Below, piece after piece: positions 28,073 to 37,118 of a stretch of 64,000 nucleotides of DNA (positions are counted from its first letter, which is position 1; every line of letters starts with the position of its first letter). The notes under the pieces are model-generated. The model was not told the DNA's origin and ran no database searches. It was given only the letters and a program-made list of their open reading frames with translations. The DNA comes from a virus (Duplodnaviria; Caudoviricetes), in IMG/VR virus record IMGVR_UViG_642791616_000001, positions 75,935 to 139,934 of that record, one strand, 5' to 3'. A program made the position numbers and the translations under genes.

Positions 28073-29180
28073 AAACAACAGCTCCCTTAGTTTTTAATTT
28101 AATCGACTTCAAAGCATTAACCTGATCGGGGTCTACTCCAACAATACGTAGGGTTTCCGCTGCGAGTGATGCGAAGAAGAAGTTCATCTCTTTGTGGAAA
28201 TGGCTAAATGCTCTATATATATCGCCCAATTCCCTCCCCTTAACGTAGTTAAAGTATACTATAAAATCCTCATCACCTCCTAGAAGTAATCTGTCTGTAA
28301 ATTTAGTTATATCCGGTAAATTTCCGCCGCTAAGGAAATCAAAAAGTGTCTTCACGAAATTTAAGTTATTCGTCGCTTCGGAAATTAAAACATCTTCTTT
28401 TGTCATTTTTGCGTAATCGACACTCTTTATTAAAAAATCAATACACGAACCCTTATCTTCATATAAGTTACACATACCTAAATAATAATAACCGTCGGAT
28501 ATATGCTTGTAGTTGAGTTCGGTTTCAACAAGCACATTTGCGTGTTCGCGACATAACTCTAAATCATTTAAATGTAAATATGCCGGAGCTAACAATTCCG
28601 ATAAACGATAAGAAAATGATTCTCTGAAAAATGCTCTTCTTTTTCCGATATTTTTTATAGAGTCATTTATCTCATTAGCTACCCTTGCCATTCCCAAAAA
28701 GTCTCCTTCATAGTATAAAGAAACGCAGATGTATATATCTCTTAACACTGCGAGATCTTTAGAACTCGATACTTTTTGTTTTTTTACATTTTGGCACAAT
28801 TCATTAAATTTAATTCTATCAGTCATGAAGTTCAACAAGAGGCTGTACATCTCGACGAATTGCTTAATTCCCGGCTCTTCTTTACTTTTTTCAAGAAGCA
28901 TCCCAAGTAACTCTGAATCTCTTTTTAATGCAGCGTACTCAAAAGCTTGTTTAATCCACTCAGGAGATTCGATTTTCATACACCATTCACGCATTGTTTC
29001 GTGGTATTGTTCTTTGTAGAAGAACTTTGAAAGTGTTACTAAGTGCTTGAAGCCAATGGACCCGCTGTCGGAAAACTCGTATAATACATCTTGGTTAATT
29101 CCGGTTTTTGTGGAAATACATGCTATACTTAAGTCGTGTTTTTCTCTGAGGTTGATAAAATCATCTTTAATTGACCGCAT
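28014..29180 (-). CDS. aimR: Arbitrium receptor AimR-like (HTH + TPR, 388 aa)
   Basis: N-terminal HTH, then MREWC..IKQAFEYA, LHLNDLELCREHA and TPR helices paralleling SPbeta/phi3T AimR; followed by a secreted-peptide gene. Confidence 0.85.
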   Translation of the reverse strand: MRSIKDDFINLREKHDLSIACISTKTGINQDVLYEFSDSGSIGFKHLVTLSKFFYKEQYHETMREWCMKIESPEWIKQAFEYAALKRDSELLGMLLEKSKEEPGIKQFVEMYSLLLNFMTDRIKFNELCQNVKKQKVSSSKDLAVLRDIYICVSLYYEGDFLGMARVANEINDSIKNIGKRRAFFRESFSYRLSELLAPAYLHLNDLELCREHANVLVETELNYKHISDGYYYLGMCNLYEDKGSCIDFLIKSVDYAKMTKEDVLISEATNNLNFVKTLFDFLSGGNLPDITKFTDRLLLGGDEDFIVYFNYVKGRELGDIYRAFSHFHKEMNFFFASLAAETLRIVGVDPDQVNALKSIKLKTKGAVVYEKDFINGFCFRGISSFAS

Positions 29181-29281
29181 AATACACACCCCTTATAGAC
29201 TTACGCCTTCTCTCTGTTTATACTATAACATAAATGCACACTTTTGTGTGCGGTAATTTAAGGAAAAAAGGAGATTTTTTT

Positions 29282-29488
29282 ATGATTAGCTACGAACCGC
29301 TTAGGACTTACTTGGATGAAAGAGGGTTAACAACCGGAATTTTAAGAGATAAAGTAATACATCGGAACCTTGTAACGAAGATTAACGAGGACAAGCCCGT
29401 TAGCTTATCGACTATCGAAGCTATTTGCCTCGAATTGGATGTGCCTATCGAAAAGGTTGTCCGTATTCTTCCAAATCCGCCCGAATGA
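29282..29488 (+). CDS. Cro/C1-type HTH regulator
   Basis: MISYEPLR...VSLSTIEAICLELDVPIEKVV; divergent from aimR. Confidence 0.85.
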   Translation: MISYEPLRTYLDERGLTTGILRDKVIHRNLVTKINEDKPVSLSTIEAICLELDVPIEKVVRILPNPPE

Positions 29489-29554
29489 CGATGGAATCGG
29501 CGCGGTTATGTGGTATAATTTCCTTCGTAAAGCGCGTCATTTTGCTTTGCGGAG

Positions 29555-29797
29555 GTGTTTATCTCGCAGTATTCGGTCGTAGATTGCCGGATAAAGGAAC
29601 TGTGTTATAAACGTGGTTATACGCTTATCCAACTCGCAGAAATGGTCGGAATATCTAATACGCAGCTTTCCGATTATATTTCGCTCAGAAACGTCCCTAA
29701 CGTTGAAATGGCATATTCTATTGCGCGTTGCCTCGACTGCCCGGTCGAAGCATTATATAATTGGCGTCCTTTATCCGGTAGCAACACGGAGGGTTAA
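29555..29797 (+). CDS. Xre-family HTH regulator
   Basis: YTLIQLAEMVGISNTQLSDY...PNVEMAYSIARCL. Confidence 0.82.
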   Translation: MFISQYSVVDCRIKELCYKRGYTLIQLAEMVGISNTQLSDYISLRNVPNVEMAYSIARCLDCPVEALYNWRPLSGSNTEG

Positions 29798-30795
29798 GAC
29801 AACCTCCGCCGACCGAAAGTTCGGATATTCCCGAACCTCACGTTAATACTTACCGCCTCCGCACGACTAACAACTCGCTTAAGAGCGCCCTCACCTTTCG
29901 CCATCAATAATTCATTCGCATCTTTGTACCCTTCCGTTATATAACCGTGCGCAAGCCTGACTTTGCCGCGCATCTTTAGCTCGACCTCCTTCCGAAGTTT
30001 TTTACCGGCTTCGTCATTGTCCGTTATTACTATTAAATATTCGATTGACGACTGCGCAATTATGTCCGCCTTCTCTGCGGAAAATTTACTGCCGCCTGTC
30101 GCAATGCCGCAATAGCCTGCCGTACGCCACGAAAGCGCATCGATTTCAGCTTCGGCAAGCACCGCTGTTTTAGCGCGATCAGCATATACGGTTTCGATTC
30201 CGTAAATAAGTTCACGAATCGGCAAGCCGCCTTTTGCGTACCAAAACGCTTTATTGCGGGTCGATCGGTACTTCACGTTTGCCAGACGCTTGTTAGGCAA
30301 CCGCCACGGAATCACGGCCGTTTTTCCGATCAAGCCTACGCCTGCTTCGCGCTGGACGTCTTCGCTTATTCCGCGGTTAGTTAAGTAAGCATTCGGGCCG
30401 ATTTTAACGTCGGTCAGTAAACTTTCGGCTAATGGCCGTCTAGGCTCAACGATTTTTAAACGCGGAATGCGGAGTTTTAGGCGTTCTTCGCCTTCGCTAG
30501 TACCATAAGTCTCGGTTAGATATAAAGCCGTCTCTTCCTCGGTTTCTTCACGCAAGAATGCGAGCAGTTTAATGAATCCGCCACGTTCGCCCGTGCCGCT
30601 GTCTCCGAAATATCCGGCCTTGGCTGTCGAGGTGTCTTCGTAATAAACATAAAAACTAGGAGTACGGTCATCGCGAAAAGGGCTTGCCGCCGTTAATCGG
30701 TCAGCGTGCCACGTAGGACGATCCCATTCAAAAAGTTCTAATTCTTCGCGTATGTCGACGTCCGTCGGGACGCCATTAATCGTAATGATCGACAT
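29794..30795 (-). CDS. DNA primase (TOPRIM)
   Basis: SPFRDDRTPSF, AEAEIDALS, TDNDEAG, KDANELL. Confidence 0.9.
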   Translation of the reverse strand: MSIITINGVPTDVDIREELELFEWDRPTWHADRLTAASPFRDDRTPSFYVYYEDTSTAKAGYFGDSGTGERGGFIKLLAFLREETEEETALYLTETYGTSEGEERLKLRIPRLKIVEPRRPLAESLLTDVKIGPNAYLTNRGISEDVQREAGVGLIGKTAVIPWRLPNKRLANVKYRSTRNKAFWYAKGGLPIRELIYGIETVYADRAKTAVLAEAEIDALSWRTAGYCGIATGGSKFSAEKADIIAQSSIEYLIVITDNDEAGKKLRKEVELKMRGKVRLAHGYITEGYKDANELLMAKGEGALKRVVSRAEAVSINVRFGNIRTFGRRRLS

Positions 30796-30917
30796 GTATA
30801 TACGACTCCTTTCGTTATATTACACTAAACCAATCGACATTGTAGTCGTAATTTGTCGAAAAAATTCAGAATTATTTAGTGTAATTGTTGGTACGTATTA
30901 CATTTAAAACCATATCG

Positions 30918-32309
30918 CTAGAAACCGTAGGCTTTTAACTCAATCTCTCCGGCTGCCACCTGCTTGATTAGCCCGACTTGCGGAAGATAGACGATCTCGA
31001 CGACTTCATCCTCTCCTCCGTCACGTCCTTTATTTACGCCGATCAAACCGCGTCCTTCCTTTGCATTCGTATCAACCGGTATCAGCACCGCCGCATCTTC
31101 CAGTAAAGCCGACGTTTTCTTTACGTCCTTACGCTTCGGCAACTTAATTTCGCGATTACCAGCTTCGTCTTCGGTTGCGTCATCTTCTCCGGCTTGTGTG
31201 ATAGCGAAAATGACAACGTCCATTGTCCCGGCTAAACGGCGCATCTTCTTCGATGTATCGGCGGCTGCCCCGCCCGTCGTCTTATTCGAGTTGGACTCGT
31301 AATCTAAGTAATAAAACGGGTCGACCATCACGACGTCCGCTTTCGTTTGCTCAATGTCCGCTTTAAGGTCTTTTAGCGAACGAGAATCGAAGTCTTTGTC
31401 GTCAACTGCACGCACTGTAATAGAACCGTCGATAATCGTATTTAACGTCTCGATAAAGTCCATAAAGGCCGCCTCGAATTCCTCCGATAACTTGCCCTGG
31501 CGAACTGACCTCGAATCAAATCCGGCCTCCATTTGCTGACCGTCAATTTCGGTTAAAGCGACGCCCTGATCCCCGGAAAGTGAAACGTAGATGCGAACGA
31601 GAACTTCGAACCAGCCCATCTCCATCGACCATATGAGCGTATTTGCGCCTTGAATTGCGCAGTGAATGACTTCTTCCAGCGTAATCGCCGACTTGCCGCG
31701 TCCCGATTTTCCGTAGACAACGTACATGTTCGAACTGACATAGCCGCCGATTGCCGTATTAAGCGCCGGAAACTTGCTGTTCCAAATACGAAATGACTCG
31801 CCGGACTTCCGTTTTTCATATTCGGCACGAAATTTATCGACGTCTGTCACGACGTTTGTTCCTACTGTTTTACGAACGCTTGTTCTCATTATACTCTGTT
31901 CCGCGACGGTTTTCAACCAATCAAATAACTCCTGCGGATTTCCACTTTCCTGCGCGCGGTTGAACCGTTGAACAAAGTCTGAGTCCGCCGTCTTGACACC
32001 GTTCGCTCCGTATTTATCATTAAATTTCGAAGCGAAATCGTTCATCACCGCAGCTTCCTTCGCCTTCTTCGCTAAGTATTCAAAGGTCGCGTCAATACTA
32101 AATTCCGGCTGGAATGTCGGCACTTCGGTCGCTACCATTTCGGCGGTCGGCGCTTGGTTTCCGTGCTTTTCCGCATATGCGCTGATGTATTCGAAGGCTG
32201 CCCGTTCGCCATCCGTTTGAAAATCTTTGCGCGTTAAGCCGTAGCGCAATAAGGCCGACGGGTCGTTCGCTTCGATTACTTTCGATAAAAGACTAGTTCC
32301 GAAACTCAT
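30918..32309 (-). CDS. DnaB-like replicative helicase
   Basis: GKSGRGKS Walker A, SMEM, VMVDPFY, AITQA, KGRDG. Confidence 0.92.
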   Translation of the reverse strand: MSFGTSLLSKVIEANDPSALLRYGLTRKDFQTDGERAAFEYISAYAEKHGNQAPTAEMVATEVPTFQPEFSIDATFEYLAKKAKEAAVMNDFASKFNDKYGANGVKTADSDFVQRFNRAQESGNPQELFDWLKTVAEQSIMRTSVRKTVGTNVVTDVDKFRAEYEKRKSGESFRIWNSKFPALNTAIGGYVSSNMYVVYGKSGRGKSAITLEEVIHCAIQGANTLIWSMEMGWFEVLVRIYVSLSGDQGVALTEIDGQQMEAGFDSRSVRQGKLSEEFEAAFMDFIETLNTIIDGSITVRAVDDKDFDSRSLKDLKADIEQTKADVVMVDPFYYLDYESNSNKTTGGAAADTSKKMRRLAGTMDVVIFAITQAGEDDATEDEAGNREIKLPKRKDVKKTSALLEDAAVLIPVDTNAKEGRGLIGVNKGRDGGEDEVVEIVYLPQVGLIKQVAAGEIELKAYGF

Positions 32310-32938
32310 CGGCGTTCAGCTCCCTCGACTGTCAATCGCGCCATAGTTTCGTCCATTTTCGCCTTAAACGTCAATTCACCCGTCTTTTCATATTGCGCTT
32401 TATACCAGTTGTAGATGTCGAGCAAATTATCGGTTTGTTCCGTTGCATCTTTACGTTCCTGTTTACGCTTTTGTACTCGGCTCATTATCGGCTGCTCTTT
32501 TGCCGCCATTTCCTCCGCCTCCGTTTCGTAGTTTATTAGATAAACAGTACTTCTAGCCGGCGGATAGTCTTCGAGGTTGAAGTCCACCAAGAAATCCTCC
32601 GCAACAAGCGCGTTAGCTAACAACGTCATGTCCGCCTCGAACGCTTCTAGCCACTCGCCGTTAATCGCGTCGTACAGGTCGTATTCTATGAAGTTAAAGA
32701 CGGCCTCTTTCGACGTTTCCTCGATGTACCGCGCGCAGTCAATGTAAAAGACGCGTCCTTCGTAGCCGCCGACCGAAACTAGATCGCCAGTTTTATAGGC
32801 CGGCGTGTGGTCCGCAAATTCTAGCGCATCGAGTTTATCGAAGATGGCGAGTTTTGCTGCGCCTTCTCCGTTAGCCAACGAATCCGCAACGAGCAGGTCG
32901 CGTAGGTACTGAATTTCCGTCAATGATAAGCCGCTCAT
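32306..32938 (-). CDS. YodN-like hypothetical protein
   Basis: YKTGDLV beta-domain and DNLLDIYNWY motif. Confidence 0.5.
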   Translation of the reverse strand: MSGLSLTEIQYLRDLLVADSLANGEGAAKLAIFDKLDALEFADHTPAYKTGDLVSVGGYEGRVFYIDCARYIEETSKEAVFNFIEYDLYDAINGEWLEAFEADMTLLANALVAEDFLVDFNLEDYPPARSTVYLINYETEAEEMAAKEQPIMSRVQKRKQERKDATEQTDNLLDIYNWYKAQYEKTGELTFKAKMDETMARLTVEGAERR

Positions 32939-33700
32939 TTACAGCCGCCTCCTTTTTGATCCGCCCGCAAAGACGATTTCTCTGCACTGGTCGGCGATCC
33001 GGTCCGCCAGTCGAGCTTCTCCGAACACTTCCGGCAGGTCTGCCATTTTAATGTTCGACGTATAAACGGTCGGCATTCGGTTAGTCACGCGATAGTTGAT
33101 TATCGTATGCAAATCGCCGCGAAATCCTTCCGTTACGTCTCTCATGCCTATTTCGTCCAGCACTGCGAAAGGTGCCCGTTTTGCCGCTTCTAGCGCCTCG
33201 TAATATCTTTTAGCCGCCGGCTCTGCGATTGAGTCCGGAACTCGCGGTCTATTAAACTCGTTGTATTCGTTCTGCCACGCGTTGACGTCGAGGAAATACG
33301 CCGGTCGCTGGTCGGGCTGAACGCCCCGTTTTAAGGCGCCAATGTAATGGACCGTTAAATATTCGTTTAACAGAGCTGCCGCCGTCGTCGTTTTACCGGT
33401 GCCTGATTTCGCGCTGTATAAATATAGCGATTTAATACGTTCAGCATCAGCATCGAATTGGCGGTCGAACGTCTGCGCATATACATCGGCCGCCTTGTAA
33501 GCTCCGGATTGGTCGGCACGTGCCGGCGAATTCTTAAGCGTCACTAGCCGATAGTCTTCCGCCAATCCAGCCGCGCCCGACCGTCCGCCTCCGCCATCTA
33601 AACCGTGCAAGCCGAGGTATAATTCGCAGTGTTTCGTACAATTAACGCCGCCAGCTTGGGCGCATTTGCTTGCGAGTAGGCATCGTGATTCATTCGTCAT
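32939..33700 (-). CDS. DnaC/IstB-like helicase loader ATPase
   Basis: N-terminal Cys cluster, SGTGKTT, VLDEIG, VYTSN, RLADRI. Confidence 0.9.
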   Translation of the reverse strand: MTNESRCLLASKCAQAGGVNCTKHCELYLGLHGLDGGGGRSGAAGLAEDYRLVTLKNSPARADQSGAYKAADVYAQTFDRQFDADAERIKSLYLYSAKSGTGKTTTAAALLNEYLTVHYIGALKRGVQPDQRPAYFLDVNAWQNEYNEFNRPRVPDSIAEPAAKRYYEALEAAKRAPFAVLDEIGMRDVTEGFRGDLHTIINYRVTNRMPTVYTSNIKMADLPEVFGEARLADRIADQCREIVFAGGSKRRRL

Positions 33701-33887
33701 TCATAGCCGCCTCCTTTCGGTCAATTCGTTTCCGTAAAGTTCGTTCGTGTTTTGAGCGCATCTTTTTATCTTCGCCCTTAACGCGTTGTTCATTGAAGTT
33801 CGCTTTCCAACCGCCACCGGTATAATACCAATCGACGCCGCCATAGCTCTTTCTTCCACCTGTTTTAAGCCATCGATGAAGCGTCAA
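33690..33887 (-). CDS. Small basic hypothetical protein
   Basis: GGAGG RBS, coupled. Confidence 0.55.
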   Translation of the reverse strand: MTLHRWLKTGGRKSYGGVDWYYTGGGWKANFNEQRVKGEDKKMRSKHERTLRKRIDRKEAAMNDE

Positions 33888-33984
33888 TCGAGCGCCTCCT
33901 TTGCGTTAAATTTCCGATAACAACCTTCGCAAAGTTAGCCCACTTACCCGCGTCAATCATCCGTTTACCTCCGTCCTTGAATCG

Positions 33985-34197
33985 TCAGTTTTTAGGAAAG
34001 AATAGATGCGGAACGATGTACGGTTCTTTTCCGTCGCCGCTATCCGACACCGACATGATCATGTTTTTTATTCGATGATGCTTCGGAATCTCATGAAATA
34101 GCGCATCATAGCCGTTTAACTCTTCCGAAATCTCTATCGTTTCGTCGAGGTAGTACTTACCTCTCGTTCTGAAGTACGTTACATTCACCGTTTTCAT
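33985..34197 (-). CDS. Phage hypothetical protein
   Basis: Coupled ORF, TYFRTRGKYY. Confidence 0.65.
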   Translation of the reverse strand: MKTVNVTYFRTRGKYYLDETIEISEELNGYDALFHEIPKHHRIKNMIMSVSDSGDGKEPYIVPHLFFPKN

Positions 34198-35018
34198 TCG
34201 TCCTCACCCGCTCTCGAATCGTCAATGATTACAAGTTCGGCATTACTTATGAAATCAAATCCGTCGTCATAGTAATACGCTCCATCTTTAATGTTTTTTA
34301 TTGTTTCTTCGTAGAACTCAACTCCGTTTGCTTGCCTTCCCCTAACAAAGTCACCCACACGTACTTCAGTCGGTTGTGGCGTATATAGATATTCCGCAGG
34401 CACTTCGAGACCTAGCGCACGTCTCAGCGCGATAGCCTTACCGATGTGTGCGTTGAAGCAATCGACAGGAGCGCATTTAGCGATTCCATAAAACGCTTTG
34501 CGACTATTCGGTACTTTAGCCGTAACTTCAACGGATCTGTTTTCCGCGTTAACACTGATCTCGATATTAAACGCCTTTGATAATCGATTACGCATTTTCA
34601 GCGTTTCGACGTCCTCCTTCGCCTTCTCGATGATCTCATCCCGTTTCTGTTGGTCGGACTTCTCATGCGTACCATGCGCCGCCTCAATTTCCGCATCGAA
34701 ACGCCCTTGGTCGTAGCCTAGCTTATATGAACGTGTTCTGAGCGCCTTCATTGTGTCCTCGACTAGCGCGATTAATTCGTCATAGTCCATTTCGTCAAGG
34801 TTCGGGATTGGCGGGTGTTCTCCGATGATGACTTCGTACTCTTCGTGGTATATGATGCGCCCAATGTCATCATGTACCGCGTCGTCGCCACGTAATGAGC
34901 CCACACGGAGCACTGCTCCATTTTCATAGCGGGTCTCCATCACATTTACGTCCGTAATCAAAATATGCTCGCCTACGTTTGCTTTACGTTTCTCCGTCTT
35001 ATAATTAGGTTGCGTCAT
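34194..35018 (-). CDS. Phage protein of the R-x-A-x-VG domain family
   Basis: EKRKANVGEHILITD...HEEYEVI; GIAKCAPVDCFNAHIGKAIALRRA. Confidence 0.78.
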   Translation of the reverse strand: MTQPNYKTEKRKANVGEHILITDVNVMETRYENGAVLRVGSLRGDDAVHDDIGRIIYHEEYEVIIGEHPPIPNLDEMDYDELIALVEDTMKALRTRSYKLGYDQGRFDAEIEAAHGTHEKSDQQKRDEIIEKAKEDVETLKMRNRLSKAFNIEISVNAENRSVEVTAKVPNSRKAFYGIAKCAPVDCFNAHIGKAIALRRALGLEVPAEYLYTPQPTEVRVGDFVRGRQANGVEFYEETIKNIKDGAYYYDDGFDFISNAELVIIDDSRAGEDE

Positions 35019-35019
35019 A

Positions 35020-35382
35020 TCAAAACATCTCCCCGTAGTTTATTTGCGACTGTTCCGCCGCCCTTTTATCGTCTTCTTCCGTCTGTTGAGCCGTCTTCTG
35101 CTTCGCAAGCAACGGCGGCAGGTGCCGGTCTCGCATATACGAAAACATAAAGCCGAAGTTGCAGCCGGGCCATTGAGCCGTCGGCTTCTTAGCCGCAAAG
35201 CAAGCGTCAATGAAGTCACGTACGATAACCGCCCCATATTCGTCGATCATCGTCTTTAGGTTCCGCGCTTCCATGCCGCGGTTGTTTGCGACGTATTTGA
35301 TGCCGTAGACTTCGGGGTGGCGGTCGTGCAGATAAACGATGAAGTCGCGTGCCGTCCATTTTCCGATAGGCTTTTCGTTCAT
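35020..35382 (-). CDS. Phage protein resembling a replisome-organiser C-terminal domain
   Basis: Helical domain KWTARDF...IDEYGAVIVRDFIDACF. Confidence 0.5.
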   Translation of the reverse strand: MNEKPIGKWTARDFIVYLHDRHPEVYGIKYVANNRGMEARNLKTMIDEYGAVIVRDFIDACFAAKKPTAQWPGCNFGFMFSYMRDRHLPPLLAKQKTAQQTEEDDKRAAEQSQINYGEMF

Positions 35383-35394
35383 GAATATCGCCTC

Positions 35395-35592
35395 CTAATC
35401 TTCGATTGATTCCGTCTCTACGGTTATTCCGTTTATACGCTTCTCTGAATAATCGTGATCATTACCAGCTATATCAACGCTCCCATTATACGTATAGACG
35501 CTGTACGCAATTGATTTAACGCGCTGACCAAATTTCGATAAATCATTGTCAATAAGGCGCTTTATATCCGTAAGTACGTACGTCATTTTCAT
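35395..35592 (-). CDS. Phage hypothetical protein
   Basis: Coupled ORF. Confidence 0.55.
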   Translation of the reverse strand: MKMTYVLTDIKRLIDNDLSKFGQRVKSIAYSVYTYNGSVDIAGNDHDYSEKRINGITVETESIED

Positions 35593-35933
35593 TACGCATT
35601 CACCCCTTCGATTTTGATGCCAAGATGGTCGAGCGTTTGTTTGATTCCGTTTGAAACGCCCGCCGTGTAATAATCGTCATCACTAAACGGCTTCGACCTT
35701 TCGTGTTTGGCGTAATTAGCTTCGTAGTAATCTCGTACCTTTTGTTCCGGCGACTTTGTGACTTCATATCCGTTGATTAACGCAGCCGCTAATGAAACGC
35801 GACTTAAATCGTTCAGTACTGCGCAATGCCTGACATATACGCCAAAGTGACTCAAAATATATTCGTCATCCCTACCGAGTCCTCTTAAATATGATATAGC
35901 CTTCGCCTGCTCTTTCGTGATTTCCGGCTTCAT
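35592..35933 (-). CDS. Phage hypothetical protein
   Basis: AAALINGYEV motif common in Bacillus phage early proteins. Confidence 0.7.
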   Translation of the reverse strand: MKPEITKEQAKAISYLRGLGRDDEYILSHFGVYVRHCAVLNDLSRVSLAAALINGYEVTKSPEQKVRDYYEANYAKHERSKPFSDDDYYTAGVSNGIKQTLDHLGIKIEGVNA

Positions 35934-36157
35934 TTTAACGCCTCCTTCATTCGGTTTAATACGAATCTAACGTAATCCTTAACGTGCTCCGGCGAACCGA
36001 TCGCGAGTAAATGTTCGGTCGCATTCCGGTCATCAAATTCCTCCGGCATCATATCTCGTATACGAGCGAGGTGATCTACGTATTTTTCATTCTCCGCAAT
36101 CAGCGCCGCCATTGCCTGACGTAATTCTGCGATTTCTTGATCCTTCGTTTTAGCCAC
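35930..36157 (-). CDS. Phage hypothetical protein
   Basis: GGAGG RBS, coupled. Confidence 0.65.
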   Translation of the reverse strand: MAKTKDQEIAELRQAMAALIAENEKYVDHLARIRDMMPEEFDDRNATEHLLAIGSPEHVKDYVRFVLNRMKEALK

Positions 36158-36180
36158 GATTTAACCGCCTCCTAGCCGTT

Positions 36181-36516
36181 TTATTTGACCGTAGTAGTAG
36201 CGCCCTCGATCGTCAGTGCCTCCGCTAATTCCGTGCGAAATTCCCGTACCATTTGCGCGATCTCGGCGAGTGAAGTCGCATCCGACGTTTTGATCTGTCG
36301 GTTCATTACGTCTAGAACGGCGCGATCAACCGTAGGGTGATACGAAACTTCTCGCCAGCGTTCGACGGGCGTCGGGTCGGCGTCAGGGTTCTCGGCCAGT
36401 TTCTTCGCCCAGCCCGGCGCTTTGGTCGGGTCGGTGAAATAGCGCTCGTTGACGATGATATTGTGGGCGTCTGATGTAAGGCGGTAATCGGGTGATAACG
36501 GAATATTAATCGACAT
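36181..36516 (-). CDS. Phage hypothetical protein
   Basis: YRLTSDAHNIIVNE...WREVSYHPT. Confidence 0.7.
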   Translation of the reverse strand: MSINIPLSPDYRLTSDAHNIIVNERYFTDPTKAPGWAKKLAENPDADPTPVERWREVSYHPTVDRAVLDVMNRQIKTSDATSLAEIAQMVREFRTELAEALTIEGATTTVK

Positions 36517-36730
36517 GATTATCGAACTCCTTTTCGTTAGATTCGACTAATTGCATTACGTCCGAAAAATACGGCTCATCACGATTAATAACTACGTAAT
36601 CATTTACTGGACGTTTTCCTTGAATCGTCCTATTAAGCATAATTTCGACTTGCATGTCGTATAAATGACGCTTTTGTTCGTCTGTTGCGTACCGATCTAT
36701 TTCGGATTTCTTTAAGACTACGTATGACAT
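36506..36730 (-). CDS. Phage hypothetical protein
   Basis: AAGGAG RBS before MSYVVLKK; YVVINRDEPY. Confidence 0.65.
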   Translation of the reverse strand: MSYVVLKKSEIDRYATDEQKRHLYDMQVEIMLNRTIQGKRPVNDYVVINRDEPYFSDVMQLVESNEKEFDNHVD

Positions 36731-36939
36731 ACGATCACTCCTTTCGTTTATTAGTCGCAATACTTTGTCGCTTAAATCAGCTACCTTTAATTTTACGCCG
36801 TCTTTAAATTGCGCCTGAGTGCTCGGGTGTAGTTCGGTAAGTGCTTCGTATATAGTAACGAGTTCATGTTTCGTAAACATAACGCACCTCTTTCCGTTTA
36901 TTATTAAGACCGTAGCAATTCGTTCGCTTACGCTCACTC

Positions 36940-37118
36940 TTTGCAAATATCCTTTATCGCGATAGATATATCCTTTAAGTAATTATTTGCGCGAAAGGTT
37001 TTGATTGAGCGCTATTATTTATCTAGTTATTAATGGCTCTAGTTAAAAGATGGTTCTAGTTAGTGTAAAGCCGAGCCGTGTACGGGTCAGCCGTATATGG
37101 GTAGACGATACACGGCGT
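36940..37118. repeat. Probable phage replication origin (iterons + AT-rich tract)
   Basis: TCTAGTTA x3 (37022, 37038, 37055), AGCCGT(G/A)TA(C/T)GGGT x2 (37074, 37089), ATATCCTTTA x2, directly downstream of an HTH initiator-like gene. Confidence 0.6.

Noticed and set aside
30861-30876. CodY box
   Set aside because: About five mismatches to AATTTTCWGAAAATT in AT-rich DNA
21464-32309. Inteins or introns in polymerase, helicase or primase
   Set aside because: Lengths and motif spacing are normal; no splice motifs seen
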